64,000 bases of DNA from an uncultured Candidatus Binatia bacterium (GTDB taxonomy: Bacteria; Desulfobacterota; Binatia; UBA9968; JAJDTQ01). The position numbers were made by a program, and so were the translations under genes. The stretch spans positions 928,001 to 992,000 of the forward strand of contig OZ219754.1 in NCBI GenBank assembly GCA_964291295.2, read 5' to 3'. The notes below the pieces were generated by a model. It was not told the origin of the DNA, did not search any database, and was given only the letters and a program-made list of their open reading frames with translations. How positions within the stretch are numbered: position 1 is the first letter of the stretch; the number at the start of each line of letters is the position of its first letter. Below are positions 38,230 through 49,011 of this stretch, piece after piece.

Positions 38230-38442
38230 ATGACGACCAATGAGAACTCGCTTGATTTTCACACCGCGCAACTCCGAACACGTCCTGATGAAGCCGAAGT
38301 CTTTCGGCTTCTTCAAGAGGCCGCACGACAGTACGAAGAATGCGTGCGCCTGGCGGACTTGGCGAATATTTCCGACATGAGCGAAGCAAGCCAACCCAGA
38401 TACGCCTGGGACAATCCGATAGGGCTTGTGATATTTCGGTAG
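38230..38442 (+). CDS. Small hypothetical protein (70 aa) upstream of the Clp-fold protease
   Basis: GGAGGA SD, helical sequence, same lower-GC block as the next gene, 24-bp gap. Confidence 0.6.
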   Translation: MTTNENSLDFHTAQLRTRPDEAEVFRLLQEAARQYEECVRLADLANISDMSEASQPRYAWDNPIGLVIFR

Positions 38443-38466
38443 GACTCGTGATATCGGGGTGGAAAT

Positions 38467-39411
38467 ATGCCGAGTTGGTCTGATCTTCAGGATGCTTTGA
38501 ATCATATCGATTCCGATAAGCGAGGCGACTACATCGCCTCAGAATCACTGAAACAGGCGAGGACGATTGCGCAACGCTACGACCGAAACGTCCTGTACTA
38601 CGCCTCCAGCTTCTTGCAGAAACCCCAGATGCCGGGACTCTTCACGTCGATCAATATGGAGGATATCAATGGCTTCATGGCCGGGCTTCATGGTCATGAC
38701 TTCGGGAAGGGTCTGCTCCTGATTCTGCATACTCCCGGTGGTTTGGCAGAGGCTGCACAGACTATCGTCGGCTATCTTCGGAGCAAGTATGCTGCCATCG
38801 ACGTGGTGGTCCCCACATACGCAATGTCCGCAGGCACAATGATCGCGTTGGCGTGTGACCGAATTGTCATGGGTCGTCAGAGCCAGTTGGGGCCAACGGA
38901 CCCTCAGCTCATCGTCGGCAATCGGCCCTTTTCGGCACATTCGATCGTGGAGCAATTTGAAGAAGCAAAGGCGGAAATCTCCAGTAGTCCTGTTTTGGCC
39001 CATGCTTGGGCACCTGTATTGCGAGCGTTTGGACCCGCGCTGCTTCAAGAAGCTCGCAAATCAATTTCGTATGGGCAAGCCCTTGTGCGGAACTGGTTGG
39101 AGAAGTACATGTTCTCAGATCGGTCTGATCCGGCGGCGCTTGCGCACGAGGTTGCCGAATATTTTGGGGGCAGCCAATCTGGCAGCCACGGCAGACGGAT
39201 CAGTCGCGACGAGGCGAGGCGACACCACCTTGAAGTGATCGACCTCGAAAAGGACCAGGGTCTACAGGAAGAAATTCTGACCCTCTATCACTTGTCCACC
39301 ATCGCGTTTGAAATGGGGCCAGCAGCGAAATCGGTAATGAGCAGCAACGGTCGGTTATGGGTCAAGAACATGCAGATGGAGGTTGTCGTCCCGCCGTCTC
39401 CACAGGGGTGA
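38467..39411 (+). CDS. SDH/SppA-like ClpP-fold serine peptidase
   Basis: LILHTPGG, AMSAGTMIALACD (catalytic Ser), SQLGPTDPQ, SHGRRI. Confidence 0.88.
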   Translation: MPSWSDLQDALNHIDSDKRGDYIASESLKQARTIAQRYDRNVLYYASSFLQKPQMPGLFTSINMEDINGFMAGLHGHDFGKGLLLILHTPGGLAEAAQTIVGYLRSKYAAIDVVVPTYAMSAGTMIALACDRIVMGRQSQLGPTDPQLIVGNRPFSAHSIVEQFEEAKAEISSSPVLAHAWAPVLRAFGPALLQEARKSISYGQALVRNWLEKYMFSDRSDPAALAHEVAEYFGGSQSGSHGRRISRDEARRHHLEVIDLEKDQGLQEEILTLYHLSTIAFEMGPAAKSVMSSNGRLWVKNMQMEVVVPPSPQG

Positions 39412-39439
39412 TAGGCCAGCCGTACTCGTTGATCTTTCT

Positions 39440-39685
39440 TCAATCTCCGCACTCGACCTTCGCGGCGGTCGTCACCGCATCGAAATCGGCCGATTCCAAC
39501 CCTACGTCCATCGCTGTCTCTCGGGTTCGCACGGCGCTACCCGTGATACCGGTATTCCTCGTCCGTCTTGTCGGCCTCATCCGTGCGTCCCTGCATGATC
39601 GGCCCAGGTCATGACAGGTCGGCGCCAGCGCATTCACGAACCGAAGTTCCGCCGTCACAACGCTCGCGCCGCCCACGAGCCGCAT
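39440..39685 (-). pseudogene. Internally deleted PIN/VapC-like toxin remnant
   Basis: TGATG-coupled to the RHH antitoxin; MRLV.. start joined directly to a PIN-like C-terminal VVTAELRFVNALA segment. Confidence 0.55.
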
Positions 39686-39942
39686 CAGAGTTCACGATGG
39701 CCGTGGTCGCGGTCCTTGCGGATCAGCATTTCCGCTTGGGTATGCGAACGCCCCTCGGTCTTCCGCCGCAGGCGGTCCACCATGGCGAAGAACGAAGCAC
39801 GCTTTGCCGCCATGTCGTCCTCGGCGGCGTTTTGCAGAATGTGGCGGACCTCGCCTTCCAGAGAGCGGTGGTTTCGCGCGGCACGCCGCTTGAGGCGTTC
39901 CAGCACGTCATCGTCGAGTTGCCGCACCTTGATTGTCGCCAT
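39685..39942 (-). CDS. FitA/Arc-like ribbon-helix-helix antitoxin
   Basis: MATIKVRQLDDDVLERLKRRAARNHRSLEGEVRHIL; SD AGGAG. Confidence 0.9.
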   Translation of the reverse strand: MATIKVRQLDDDVLERLKRRAARNHRSLEGEVRHILQNAAEDDMAAKRASFFAMVDRLRRKTEGRSHTQAEMLIRKDRDHGHREL

Positions 39943-39984
39943 GGTCGAGGCTCCTGCTGGTTGGTACGCCGTTTATAGCAAATT

Positions 39985-40000
39985 GATATTATATTATATC
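39985..40000 (-). promoter_or_regulatory. AT-rich promoter/operator of the RHH antitoxin
   Basis: Inverted repeat GATAT-N6-ATATC containing two TATAAT hexamers on the minus strand. Confidence 0.55.
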
Positions 40001-40053
40001 GTCGTCAAATCGCCATCTTGCCGTGCACGGGCATGCAAATGCCGTTCGGGCCA

Positions 40054-40977
40054 TCAGCGGAGGGCGTCGGCGTAGTAGGAAACGTCCAGATATTTTTCCG
40101 GTGGGGGTGGGGGCGAGGCGATGAAGCCCATGTCGGCCCTGAGGTCGAGCGCCGCGGCGACGCCCGGAACGTTCAGCGCGGCCTTGGGGTAGAGCCCGTG
40201 CCGGGGGTCCAGCAGCGCGTCCAGCGTCTCCTCGGCTGCGGCGCCGGCAAGGCCGTTGTGCCGCTCCAGGATATCGAGACAGCCTTGCCGGTTCTCCGGT
40301 GCGAAGCACCACTCGGTGGCGGCCACATAGCAGCGGATGTAGTCCGTCAGGCGGGTCCGGTTCGCTTTCGCCCACCACCGCCGGGCCAGCCCCACCGTCG
40401 CCTGATAGACGGGCACCATCTCCTCGCCGCGGGCGATGACGTGGCAGCCCCTTTCCAGGGCGGCGCCGACAAAGGGCGCTGTCAGCAGGGTGGCGCAGAG
40501 TCTCCCTTCGATCAGGGTCCGGTAACGACTCTCCCAGCCCCCCACCTCCACCAGTTGGTATTCGTCCGGGCCGAAGCCATGATCGCGCAAGGCTTTCTCC
40601 AGGATGAAGACGAAGCCGCTGTCGCGTGCGTCCACCGCCAGCGGCTTGCCCCGCAACGACTCCATGGTGGCGCACCCGGGCGCGCCGACCAGGCTCAACA
40701 GCCCGCTGTGGAGCCCCATGAACGCGAACAGGTCCGAGCCGGGCTTGTTCTCCACGTCACAGACCACATCGTCCGCGGCGGCGTGGCCGACATGGCAGCG
40801 GCCGGTGCGCACCGCCTCCACGAGATACCCCGAGCCCGGCGTGTACTCGACCTCCACGGCAAGCCCGCGGCTGGCGAAGATGCCGTTCTCCACCGCCGCG
40901 TGCACCGGCAGATTGTAGGCGGCACGGAACTGGATCAGTCGGAGGGGAGTCGGTCGGGAAGAGGTCGATGGGGTCAT
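40054..40977 (-). CDS. NMT1/THI5/SsuA-like substrate-binding-fold protein
   Basis: LPVHAAVENGIFASRGL, LRGKPLAVDA, VEVGG..R, ATLL; no obvious signal peptide and no adjacent permease. Confidence 0.8.
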   Translation of the reverse strand: MTPSTSSRPTPLRLIQFRAAYNLPVHAAVENGIFASRGLAVEVEYTPGSGYLVEAVRTGRCHVGHAAADDVVCDVENKPGSDLFAFMGLHSGLLSLVGAPGCATMESLRGKPLAVDARDSGFVFILEKALRDHGFGPDEYQLVEVGGWESRYRTLIEGRLCATLLTAPFVGAALERGCHVIARGEEMVPVYQATVGLARRWWAKANRTRLTDYIRCYVAATEWCFAPENRQGCLDILERHNGLAGAAAEETLDALLDPRHGLYPKAALNVPGVAAALDLRADMGFIASPPPPPEKYLDVSYYADALR

Positions 40978-41377
40978 GGTTACCACCTGAGGGTTGGGCG
41001 CGTGGCGGCGGTGCCGGGACAGGCAGCACAGGAGCCGATGCTGGCCATGATTTGGCGGAGGGAGCCCGTTCGTTGCCGACCTCGACGAGCACTACCGTGG
41101 GCCGGGGCCGGCCAGAGTAAGCGGATGAAGACTGCCGACAACATGAAACGGAAACCGCTCGGCATGGAATTCAGAGAGGAGGACAAGAGAACCAGCACAG
41201 CCATTGTGGACCAGTTGTTAGCCTCCGGGTGCCGTCCAGTTCAAGTGTGGCATGCCGCTCGCCTGCTTGCATGGTTGCCCTCCCTTGGTTCCGTGACAAG
41301 GAGTCGGTCGGAGCACATGACTTTATCCTTCATGTTTTGTCTAATTCCATAATCTCGTACAAAGGGAGGACCAATCA

Positions 41378-41923
41378 ATGCCCGACATCGCCATCGAAAA
41401 ATCCACCTTCGAGCGCCTTCAGCGTCATGCAAGGCCACTTGTGGATACGACGGACACTGTCATCAACCGGGCTCTGGACGCGCTGGAGCTTCGGGACGGG
41501 CATACCAAACCGGAAGAGAACGCGGCGGTCGTGGATCGTTCGGTCGATCCGCGAAAATTGCCGGATCTGACCCATACGAAGATTCGGGACGCATTGCTCG
41601 CAGGACAACGCGTCGTCAGACCAAACTGGAATCTGCTGCTCGAGAAGGCATTGGTCCTTGCGATGAAGCAGGTTGAAAACATGGACAGGCTCATGCATCT
41701 CTGCCCGGCAAACATGGTGCGAGGCCGCAAGGAGGATGAGGGATACCGCTACGTCGCCGAAGTTGACGTTTCATTCCAGCTCATGTCCGCGAACCGTGTG
41801 TGTGAAGCGCTGGTGGCCGTTGCCGGGAGCCTTGGAATCGGACTCGAGATCACGTTCATGTGGCCCTGCAAAGAGGGGGCAGAGTATCCGGGCGAGACGG
41901 CACGGTTGGTACTGCCCGGCTGA
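41378..41923 (+). CDS. Hypothetical protein with an RHH-like N-terminus (resembles the 'SepA-like' family)
   Basis: TFERLQRHARPLVDTTDTVINRALD; PDLTHTK...NWNLLL...GYRY...FMW..KEGAEYPG; SD GGGAGG. Confidence 0.65.
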   Translation: MPDIAIEKSTFERLQRHARPLVDTTDTVINRALDALELRDGHTKPEENAAVVDRSVDPRKLPDLTHTKIRDALLAGQRVVRPNWNLLLEKALVLAMKQVENMDRLMHLCPANMVRGRKEDEGYRYVAEVDVSFQLMSANRVCEALVAVAGSLGIGLEITFMWPCKEGAEYPGETARLVLPG

Positions 41924-42110
41924 CCGGGGCGGGCGGAAGCAAGCGGAGTGGGCCGACGTCTTTGCCGGGTTCCGATCTGGGGAGAGGCGTCGGGCACGCG
42001 AGAGGCATCCGTCGCGCGAGCAGAGACGATGATGCCGAACCGGGCGCGGCGGCGCGCCCGGGGCGCGGTGTTGAACAATGCGGTTTTGAACAGGTGGAGG
42101 ACGAATTCAA

Positions 42111-43716
<1,606 letters not shown>

Positions 43717-43739
<23 letters not shown>

Positions 43740-44850
43740 GGGAAAGTTCCCGCCCGACCAGCGTCTCGACTGGCCGAAGCTGATCCCGTTCATCGGGCCG
43801 GCGTCCGCGGCGCTGGCGCGTTATGACGGGATGCTCGCCGCAATTCCGAACTCCGGTGTTCTGCTGGCGCCGCTGGCCACCCGGGAGGCGGTGCTCTCTT
43901 CGAGGATCGAGGGCACGCAGGCCACCATGGGAGAGGTGCTGCAATTCGAGGCCGGGCGGGAACCCGCCTCATCGGAACGGCGCGAGGACATCCTCGAAGT
44001 GCTCAACTACCGGGACGCCATGCGGCGGGCGGCAAGGATGCTTGATGAGTTGCCGCTGAGTCAGCGCGTTGTCCGCGAGGCGCATCGCGTATTGCTTGCC
44101 GGGGTGCGTGGCCGAGGCAAGTCGCCCGGTGCCTACCGGCGCGTCCCCAACTGGATCGGACCGCCCGGCTGCACCGTTGATAACGCCCGGTTCGTCCCCG
44201 TCGGCGCGGAAAGGTTGCCCGACGCCATGAGCGCCTGGGAGCGCTACTTCCACGAGGAGGCACCCGATCGGCTGGTGCAACTCGCCATTCTGCATGCCGA
44301 GTTCGAGGCCCTGCATCCGTTTCTGGACGGCAACGGACGCCTGGGACGGATGCTGGTGCCCCTCTTTCTTTGGCAGGCCGGCCTCATCCGGGCACCCGTG
44401 TTTTACATCAGCGCCTATTTCGAGGCCCGGCGCGATGCCTACTACGACGGGTTGCTCGCCGTGTCCCGGGATGACGACTGGACCGGTTGGTGCCGCTTCT
44501 TTCTGGAAGCGGTGCGCATGCAAGCCGAGGACAACCTGGGAAAAACCGACAGGATTCTCAAGCTGTATGAAGGGATGAAGGGCCGCATGCCGGCCATGAC
44601 GCGCTCCCAATACGCCATCCGCGCGTTGGACTGGATATTCGAGTGGCCGATCTTCAGGACCACCGATTTCATCGCCGCCGCAGGCATTCCAAAGCCCACC
44701 GCGCGACGGATCCTCAAGGTTCTGCGCGAAGGCGGCATCCTGGAGGTCATCATCAAGGGCCAGGGCCGCCGGCCTTCCGTCCTGGCGTTCCCCGCGTTGC
44801 TGGACATCACGGAGGGGGCGGGGGAGGGAGAGGATGAGGGTGGATTTTGA
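43717..44850 (+). CDS. Fic-family protein with a C-terminal winged HTH
   Basis: [21 protein letters not shown]-terminal [19 protein letters not shown]; overlaps the hsdM stop. Confidence 0.93.
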
Positions 44851-44860
44851 GACTCACTGA

Positions 44861-44998
44861 TGACAGACAAGATGCGTTGTGGGTCACTTTCGAGGGAAAT
44901 GTGGTCGACAAACCGCTTTGTTGCTCATTTATGACACACAACTGGCATTGTGGATCACTTTTGCCAGGAATATGATACACAAATCCCTTTGTGGGGCA
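44861..44998. promoter_or_regulatory. Array of four 26-bp imperfect palindromes TGAnnnACAA-N6-TTGTnnnTCA
   Basis: 44861 TGACAGACAA-gatgcg-TTGTGGGTCA; 44902 TGGTCGACAA-accgct-TTGTTGCTCA; 44932 TGACACACAA-ctggca-TTGTGGATCA; 44973 TGATACACAA-atccct-TTGTGGGGCA. Confidence 0.8.
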
Positions 44999-45059
44999 TG
45001 ACTGAGCGACAACGGAAGTGAGCGACAACGGAACAGTAAGCGGCGCAGAGGGGCTGTTC

Positions 45060-45476
45060 ATGATCGACCATGAAAAATTCAAATCGTCCCTGAAACGTCT
45101 GGAGGAGCAACACGACAACTACCGGCCGCTGGACGAAAGCCTGCCCGAACTGAACCAGGAGGGAATCGCCGAGTCGGTTATCCAGCGTTTCGAGACCTGC
45201 TACGACTGCATGTGGAAGGTGCTGAAAAGATATCTCAACGAGAAATTGGGTATTGCCGACGTGCCCAACAGCCCCAAGCCTCTCATCAGGGTAGCTTATG
45301 AAAACGGCTTGTTCGCTTCCCCGTTGGAAGACTGGCTGGAATATGCCGAAGCACGCATCAATACGTCGCACGATTACGACGGCGCGAAGGCGAAAGCCTG
45401 CTTGGCATTGATGCCCGCATTCATCGACGACGCCATAGGTCTGTACCAGACCATAACCGAGCAAACATGGGAATAG
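45060..45476 (+). CDS. HEPN RNase toxin (HI0074/nucleotidyltransferase-substrate-binding family)
   Basis: IQRFETCYDCMWKVLKRYL, SPKPLIR, RX4HXY motif RINTSHDY. Confidence 0.9.
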   Translation: MIDHEKFKSSLKRLEEQHDNYRPLDESLPELNQEGIAESVIQRFETCYDCMWKVLKRYLNEKLGIADVPNSPKPLIRVAYENGLFASPLEDWLEYAEARINTSHDYDGAKAKACLALMPAFIDDAIGLYQTITEQTWE

Positions 45477-47137
45477 GCCCCTCCATCGACATCACCGCCG
45501 GGCAACGCAGAACCATCCTGGCGCTGCTCGAACGCCACCTCCCGGATACCGAGGCTTGGGTATACGGCTCCCGGCTCAAAGGGACCTCTCGCCCGCAATC
45601 CGACCTCGACATGGTGGTGTTCGCAACGCCCGGTCAGAAGCGCGCCGTGTCCGATCTCCGTGAGGCGTTCGAAGAAAGCAATCTCCCGTTCCGGGTGGAC
45701 CTGTTCGTCTGGGACGAGGTGCCGGAGTCGTTCCGGGGGCAGATTGAGGAGGAGCATGTGGTGCTGGTGCCGGACCGAAACAGGATGCAGACGGCGGTTT
45801 CGGCAAAGTGTGGTTGGCCAACCGCGACTATCCGTGAGATTTCCGAGAAAGTGGCCATGGGTCCCTTCGGATCGTCCATCAAGGTCGAGACCTTTGTTCC
45901 GGAGGGCGTGCCCATCATCAGTGGCCAACATCTTCACGGCGTTCGGGTCGACGACGCCCCTGGCTTCAACTTCATCACTCAAGAGCACGCGAAGCGGCTC
46001 GAAAACGCCAACGTTCGCCGTGGCGACGTGGTCTTCACTCATAGAGGCAACATAGGGCAGGTCGCCTATGTGCCGGAACGCTCGCGCTTCGACCGCTACA
46101 TCATTTCGCAGAGCCAGTTCTACATGCGTTGCGACAGATCAAAGGCTGTTCCCGAGTTTGTCGCCCTGTACTTCACTTCACCCGAAGGCCAGCACAAGCT
46201 GCTGGCCAACGCATCCCAAGTAGGGGTTCCGTCCATCGCGCAACCTGTAACCTATCTGCGCACAATCGAGATTCCTCTCCCTCCCCTCCCCGAACAACGC
46301 GCCATCGCCCACATCCTCGGCACACTGGACGACAAGATCGAGTTGAACCGACGAATGAACGAGACGCTGGAGGCGATGGCCCACGCCCTGTTCAAGTCCT
46401 GGTTCGTCGACTTCGACCCCGTCCGCGCCAAAATGGAGGGACGCGACACCGGACTGCCGGAGGAGATCGCCGATCTGTTTCCGGACCGGCTGGAGGAGTC
46501 CGAGTTGGGCGAGATTCCGGCGGGGTGGGAGGTCAGGACGTTGGGCGACATTTGTCACAAGCCGCAATACGGTTACACGGCTTCTGCCAAGGTTGACGCC
46601 GTAGGGCCACACTTCTTGAGAATAACGGACATTAACAAAGAGTCGTGGGTCTCCTGGTCTCGTGTGCCATACTGCGAAATAACAGAAAGTGATTTGCGGA
46701 AGTATCGACTCGAAAAAGGTGACATTCTTATCGCTCGGATGGCAGATCCTGGGCATGGTATCCTGGTTGAGGAGGACGTTGAGGCGGTTTTCGCGTCGTA
46801 CTTGATACGATTCAGGCCTACGAAGAGACACGATGCTCGAATATTGCAGTATTGGCTCAAGTCCGACAAGTACTGGCAATGGGTCAAGAGTCGAGCTTCG
46901 GGGACGACGAGGATGAGCCTAAACGCACCGGTGCTTAGTGGACTACCTGCTTTGGTTTCATCCGACGCCGTTGCAAAAGGGTTCTCGGCAGCGATCGACG
47001 TCTTTCGGGATCGGTTGGTTGTGATCGTCAAGGAGATGGAGTTGCTCAGCTCCTTGCGGGATATGCTGTTACCCAAACTAATATCCGGCGAAATCCGCAT
47101 TTGTGAGGGCAAGCGAAGGATGGGAGTGAAGCCATGA
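45467..47137 (+). CDS. hsdS: Type I R-M specificity subunit fused to an N-terminal minimal nucleotidyltransferase (MNT)
   Basis: aa 1-100: YGSRLKGTSRPQSDLD (GSX10DXD), LPFRVDL; then TRD1, PLPPLPEQRAIAHILGTLDDKIELNRRMN, GEIPAGW, TRD2, LRDMLLPKLISGEI. Confidence 0.93.
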   Translation: MGIGPSIDITAGQRRTILALLERHLPDTEAWVYGSRLKGTSRPQSDLDMVVFATPGQKRAVSDLREAFEESNLPFRVDLFVWDEVPESFRGQIEEEHVVLVPDRNRMQTAVSAKCGWPTATIREISEKVAMGPFGSSIKVETFVPEGVPIISGQHLHGVRVDDAPGFNFITQEHAKRLENANVRRGDVVFTHRGNIGQVAYVPERSRFDRYIISQSQFYMRCDRSKAVPEFVALYFTSPEGQHKLLANASQVGVPSIAQPVTYLRTIEIPLPPLPEQRAIAHILGTLDDKIELNRRMNETLEAMAHALFKSWFVDFDPVRAKMEGRDTGLPEEIADLFPDRLEESELGEIPAGWEVRTLGDICHKPQYGYTASAKVDAVGPHFLRITDINKESWVSWSRVPYCEITESDLRKYRLEKGDILIARMADPGHGILVEEDVEAVFASYLIRFRPTKRHDARILQYWLKSDKYWQWVKSRASGTTRMSLNAPVLSGLPALVSSDAVAKGFSAAIDVFRDRLVVIVKEMELLSSLRDMLLPKLISGEIRICEGKRRMGVKP

Positions 47138-47634
47138 CCGATGGACTGCTCACCGGTCCTGACCAAAAGGAAGGCCTGTCTCTCGTTTACGCCAAGGCTT
47201 TGGCGGTGCGCGCGGGCTACTCGGTTTCGGTGCCGGGGCCTGACCGAGACAGCGTCGATTTGCGGATTCACGCGGGCGGCGCGTACCGCCCGGCTCTGGA
47301 ACTGCAACTCAAGGCCACGGCCAGCTTCGGCCAGCCGAGAAACGGCACCCTGCCGTTTCGACTGTCCATGAAGAACTACAATGATCTTCGCGTCGAGACG
47401 CAGACGCCACGGCTGCTCGTGGTGCTGGAGCTTCCCAAGGAAGAGGCGCGTTGGTTGACCGTGACCAAGGAGAAGCTCGTTCTTCGGCGTCGAGCCTACT
47501 GGCTGAGCTTGCAACAGGACCATGAGGAAATCACAGGCCAGAGGACAGTAACCGTTCACATTCCCGAACAGAACCTACTCGATGTTGAGGCCCTGCAGAA
47601 GCTGATGGAACAGTCCAGGGTGGGAGAACTCTGA
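47134..47634 (+). CDS. DUF4365-like PD-(D/E)xK domain protein
   Basis: DRDSVDL...LELQLKAT, NYNDLR, PRLLVVL, AYWLSL; ATGA overlap with hsdS. Confidence 0.85.
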   Translation: MTDGLLTGPDQKEGLSLVYAKALAVRAGYSVSVPGPDRDSVDLRIHAGGAYRPALELQLKATASFGQPRNGTLPFRLSMKNYNDLRVETQTPRLLVVLELPKEEARWLTVTKEKLVLRRRAYWLSLQQDHEEITGQRTVTVHIPEQNLLDVEALQKLMEQSRVGEL

Positions 47635-48782
47635 TGAAAGTCAGCATTGATGATCGTGGGGCGCTGATCGCGATTTCTCCGGCGGCGCTGTCTGCCTACG
47701 CCCGCAGCGCGGGTTGGAGCCAGCACGAAGTGTATCGTGAGCACTCCGACATCTATGTTGGCGAGGCGCTGCCGGAGATAATCGTTCCACGCACGACGCG
47801 CCTGGGAGACTATGCCAGTACGGTGGCGGCGTTGATCGAAACGTTTGCGCAAGTTGCCGGCCAGGATGAATTGACCGTGTTCCGCTCGCTGGTGACGACG
47901 GACCGCGACGTTATTCGTATTCGGGCGACGGGGACCGATGATGGCAGCCTGGGGTTGAACGATGGTGTGGACTTGATCGAAGGCGCCCGTGACATGGTGT
48001 TGTCGGCAGCGTGTTCACTCCAAGACCCGCGGCCGGTGCACCGCGCGGGAGCGAACAGGGAGGCAGCGGACCTGCTTCAGACGATGCGGCTTGGACAGAC
48101 GGCCCAAGGCAGCTTTGTGGTGGCATTGTTGACGCCGGTTGTGCCGCCGCCTATTCCGACATTGTTCAAAGACCCGGATGACCATAACGCGCCGATTGCC
48201 CGCCGGATGACGAGGCGTCTTGTCGAAGCGCTTGGTGCGGTGCGGCGGGCGGCGGAACGAGCGAGTTCCGGCGATGGCGATGTCTTCGAAGAGACGGTGG
48301 CCAGCGGGGTGAGCGCCAATCTCTGCGAAGCACTGGCCCGAATCATCAAGCCGTTTCCGGCGTTGGACGTTGATGTCTCTTGGGCTGGAACACGACCGAT
48401 GACGGTGCGAAGGAATGTTGTCCGTTTCGGTCAAGCGGATGCGGCACTGTTGCGTGAGGCTGCGCACTCGTTCCGCGAGCGCGCACCGAAACCCGACGTG
48501 TCTCTCTACGGCTTTGTTCACCTCCTGGAACGCGCAGAGAGCGATGCCCTTGGAACCATCCGACTCCGCACAGAAATCGACGGGCAACGGCAGTCGGTCG
48601 TGGCGGTCCTGGATCAGGTGGATTACGAGCGCGTGCTTGAAGCCCACAAGGCTCGGCTGCCTGTCGTGCTCAAGGGTGATCTTGAGCGTACAGGCCAGCG
48701 ATGGAGGCTGTTGAGTCCTCACGTTGAAGGCGTTTTGCGCGATGATGGGCAGGAAACGGAAGACGGACGGGAAGACGGATGA
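47634..48782 (+). CDS. Hypothetical protein translationally coupled to the DUF4365-like gene
   Basis: TGATG overlap; LSAYARSAGW, RLGQT..GSFV, GVSANLCEAL, possible C-terminal OB-like region. Confidence 0.75.
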   Translation: MKVSIDDRGALIAISPAALSAYARSAGWSQHEVYREHSDIYVGEALPEIIVPRTTRLGDYASTVAALIETFAQVAGQDELTVFRSLVTTDRDVIRIRATGTDDGSLGLNDGVDLIEGARDMVLSAACSLQDPRPVHRAGANREAADLLQTMRLGQTAQGSFVVALLTPVVPPPIPTLFKDPDDHNAPIARRMTRRLVEALGAVRRAAERASSGDGDVFEETVASGVSANLCEALARIIKPFPALDVDVSWAGTRPMTVRRNVVRFGQADAALLREAAHSFRERAPKPDVSLYGFVHLLERAESDALGTIRLRTEIDGQRQSVVAVLDQVDYERVLEAHKARLPVVLKGDLERTGQRWRLLSPHVEGVLRDDGQETEDGREDG

Positions 48783-49011
48783 AGAGGGCGTGTCGCGATC
48801 CGGTGTTTTCGAAATCGCGGTCGAAACTGATCTCCGCCAGTGGCGGACACTGAATGTTGTGCTGCGGTAGGTACGAGGTACTACTTGGGACGTTGTGTTT
48901 ACACTTCCCACGCGAGCAGGTGACCCTGGGTTTTACACCGGATGAACACGCGGCCACGGTCTGCTGCCAAGTCCTGAAGGCGCCTTTGGCGAGCTTGGCA
49001 GGGGAGCGCCC

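Noticed and set aside
44861-44998. Palindrome array as mini-CRISPR or integron attC sites
   Set aside because: Gaps of 4-15 bp are too short for spacers, the centres vary, and there are no attC R boxes or integrase.
48790-48870. Possible third hsdR 5' scar (FEIAVETDLRQW)
   Set aside because: Similarity is too weak to support by eye.
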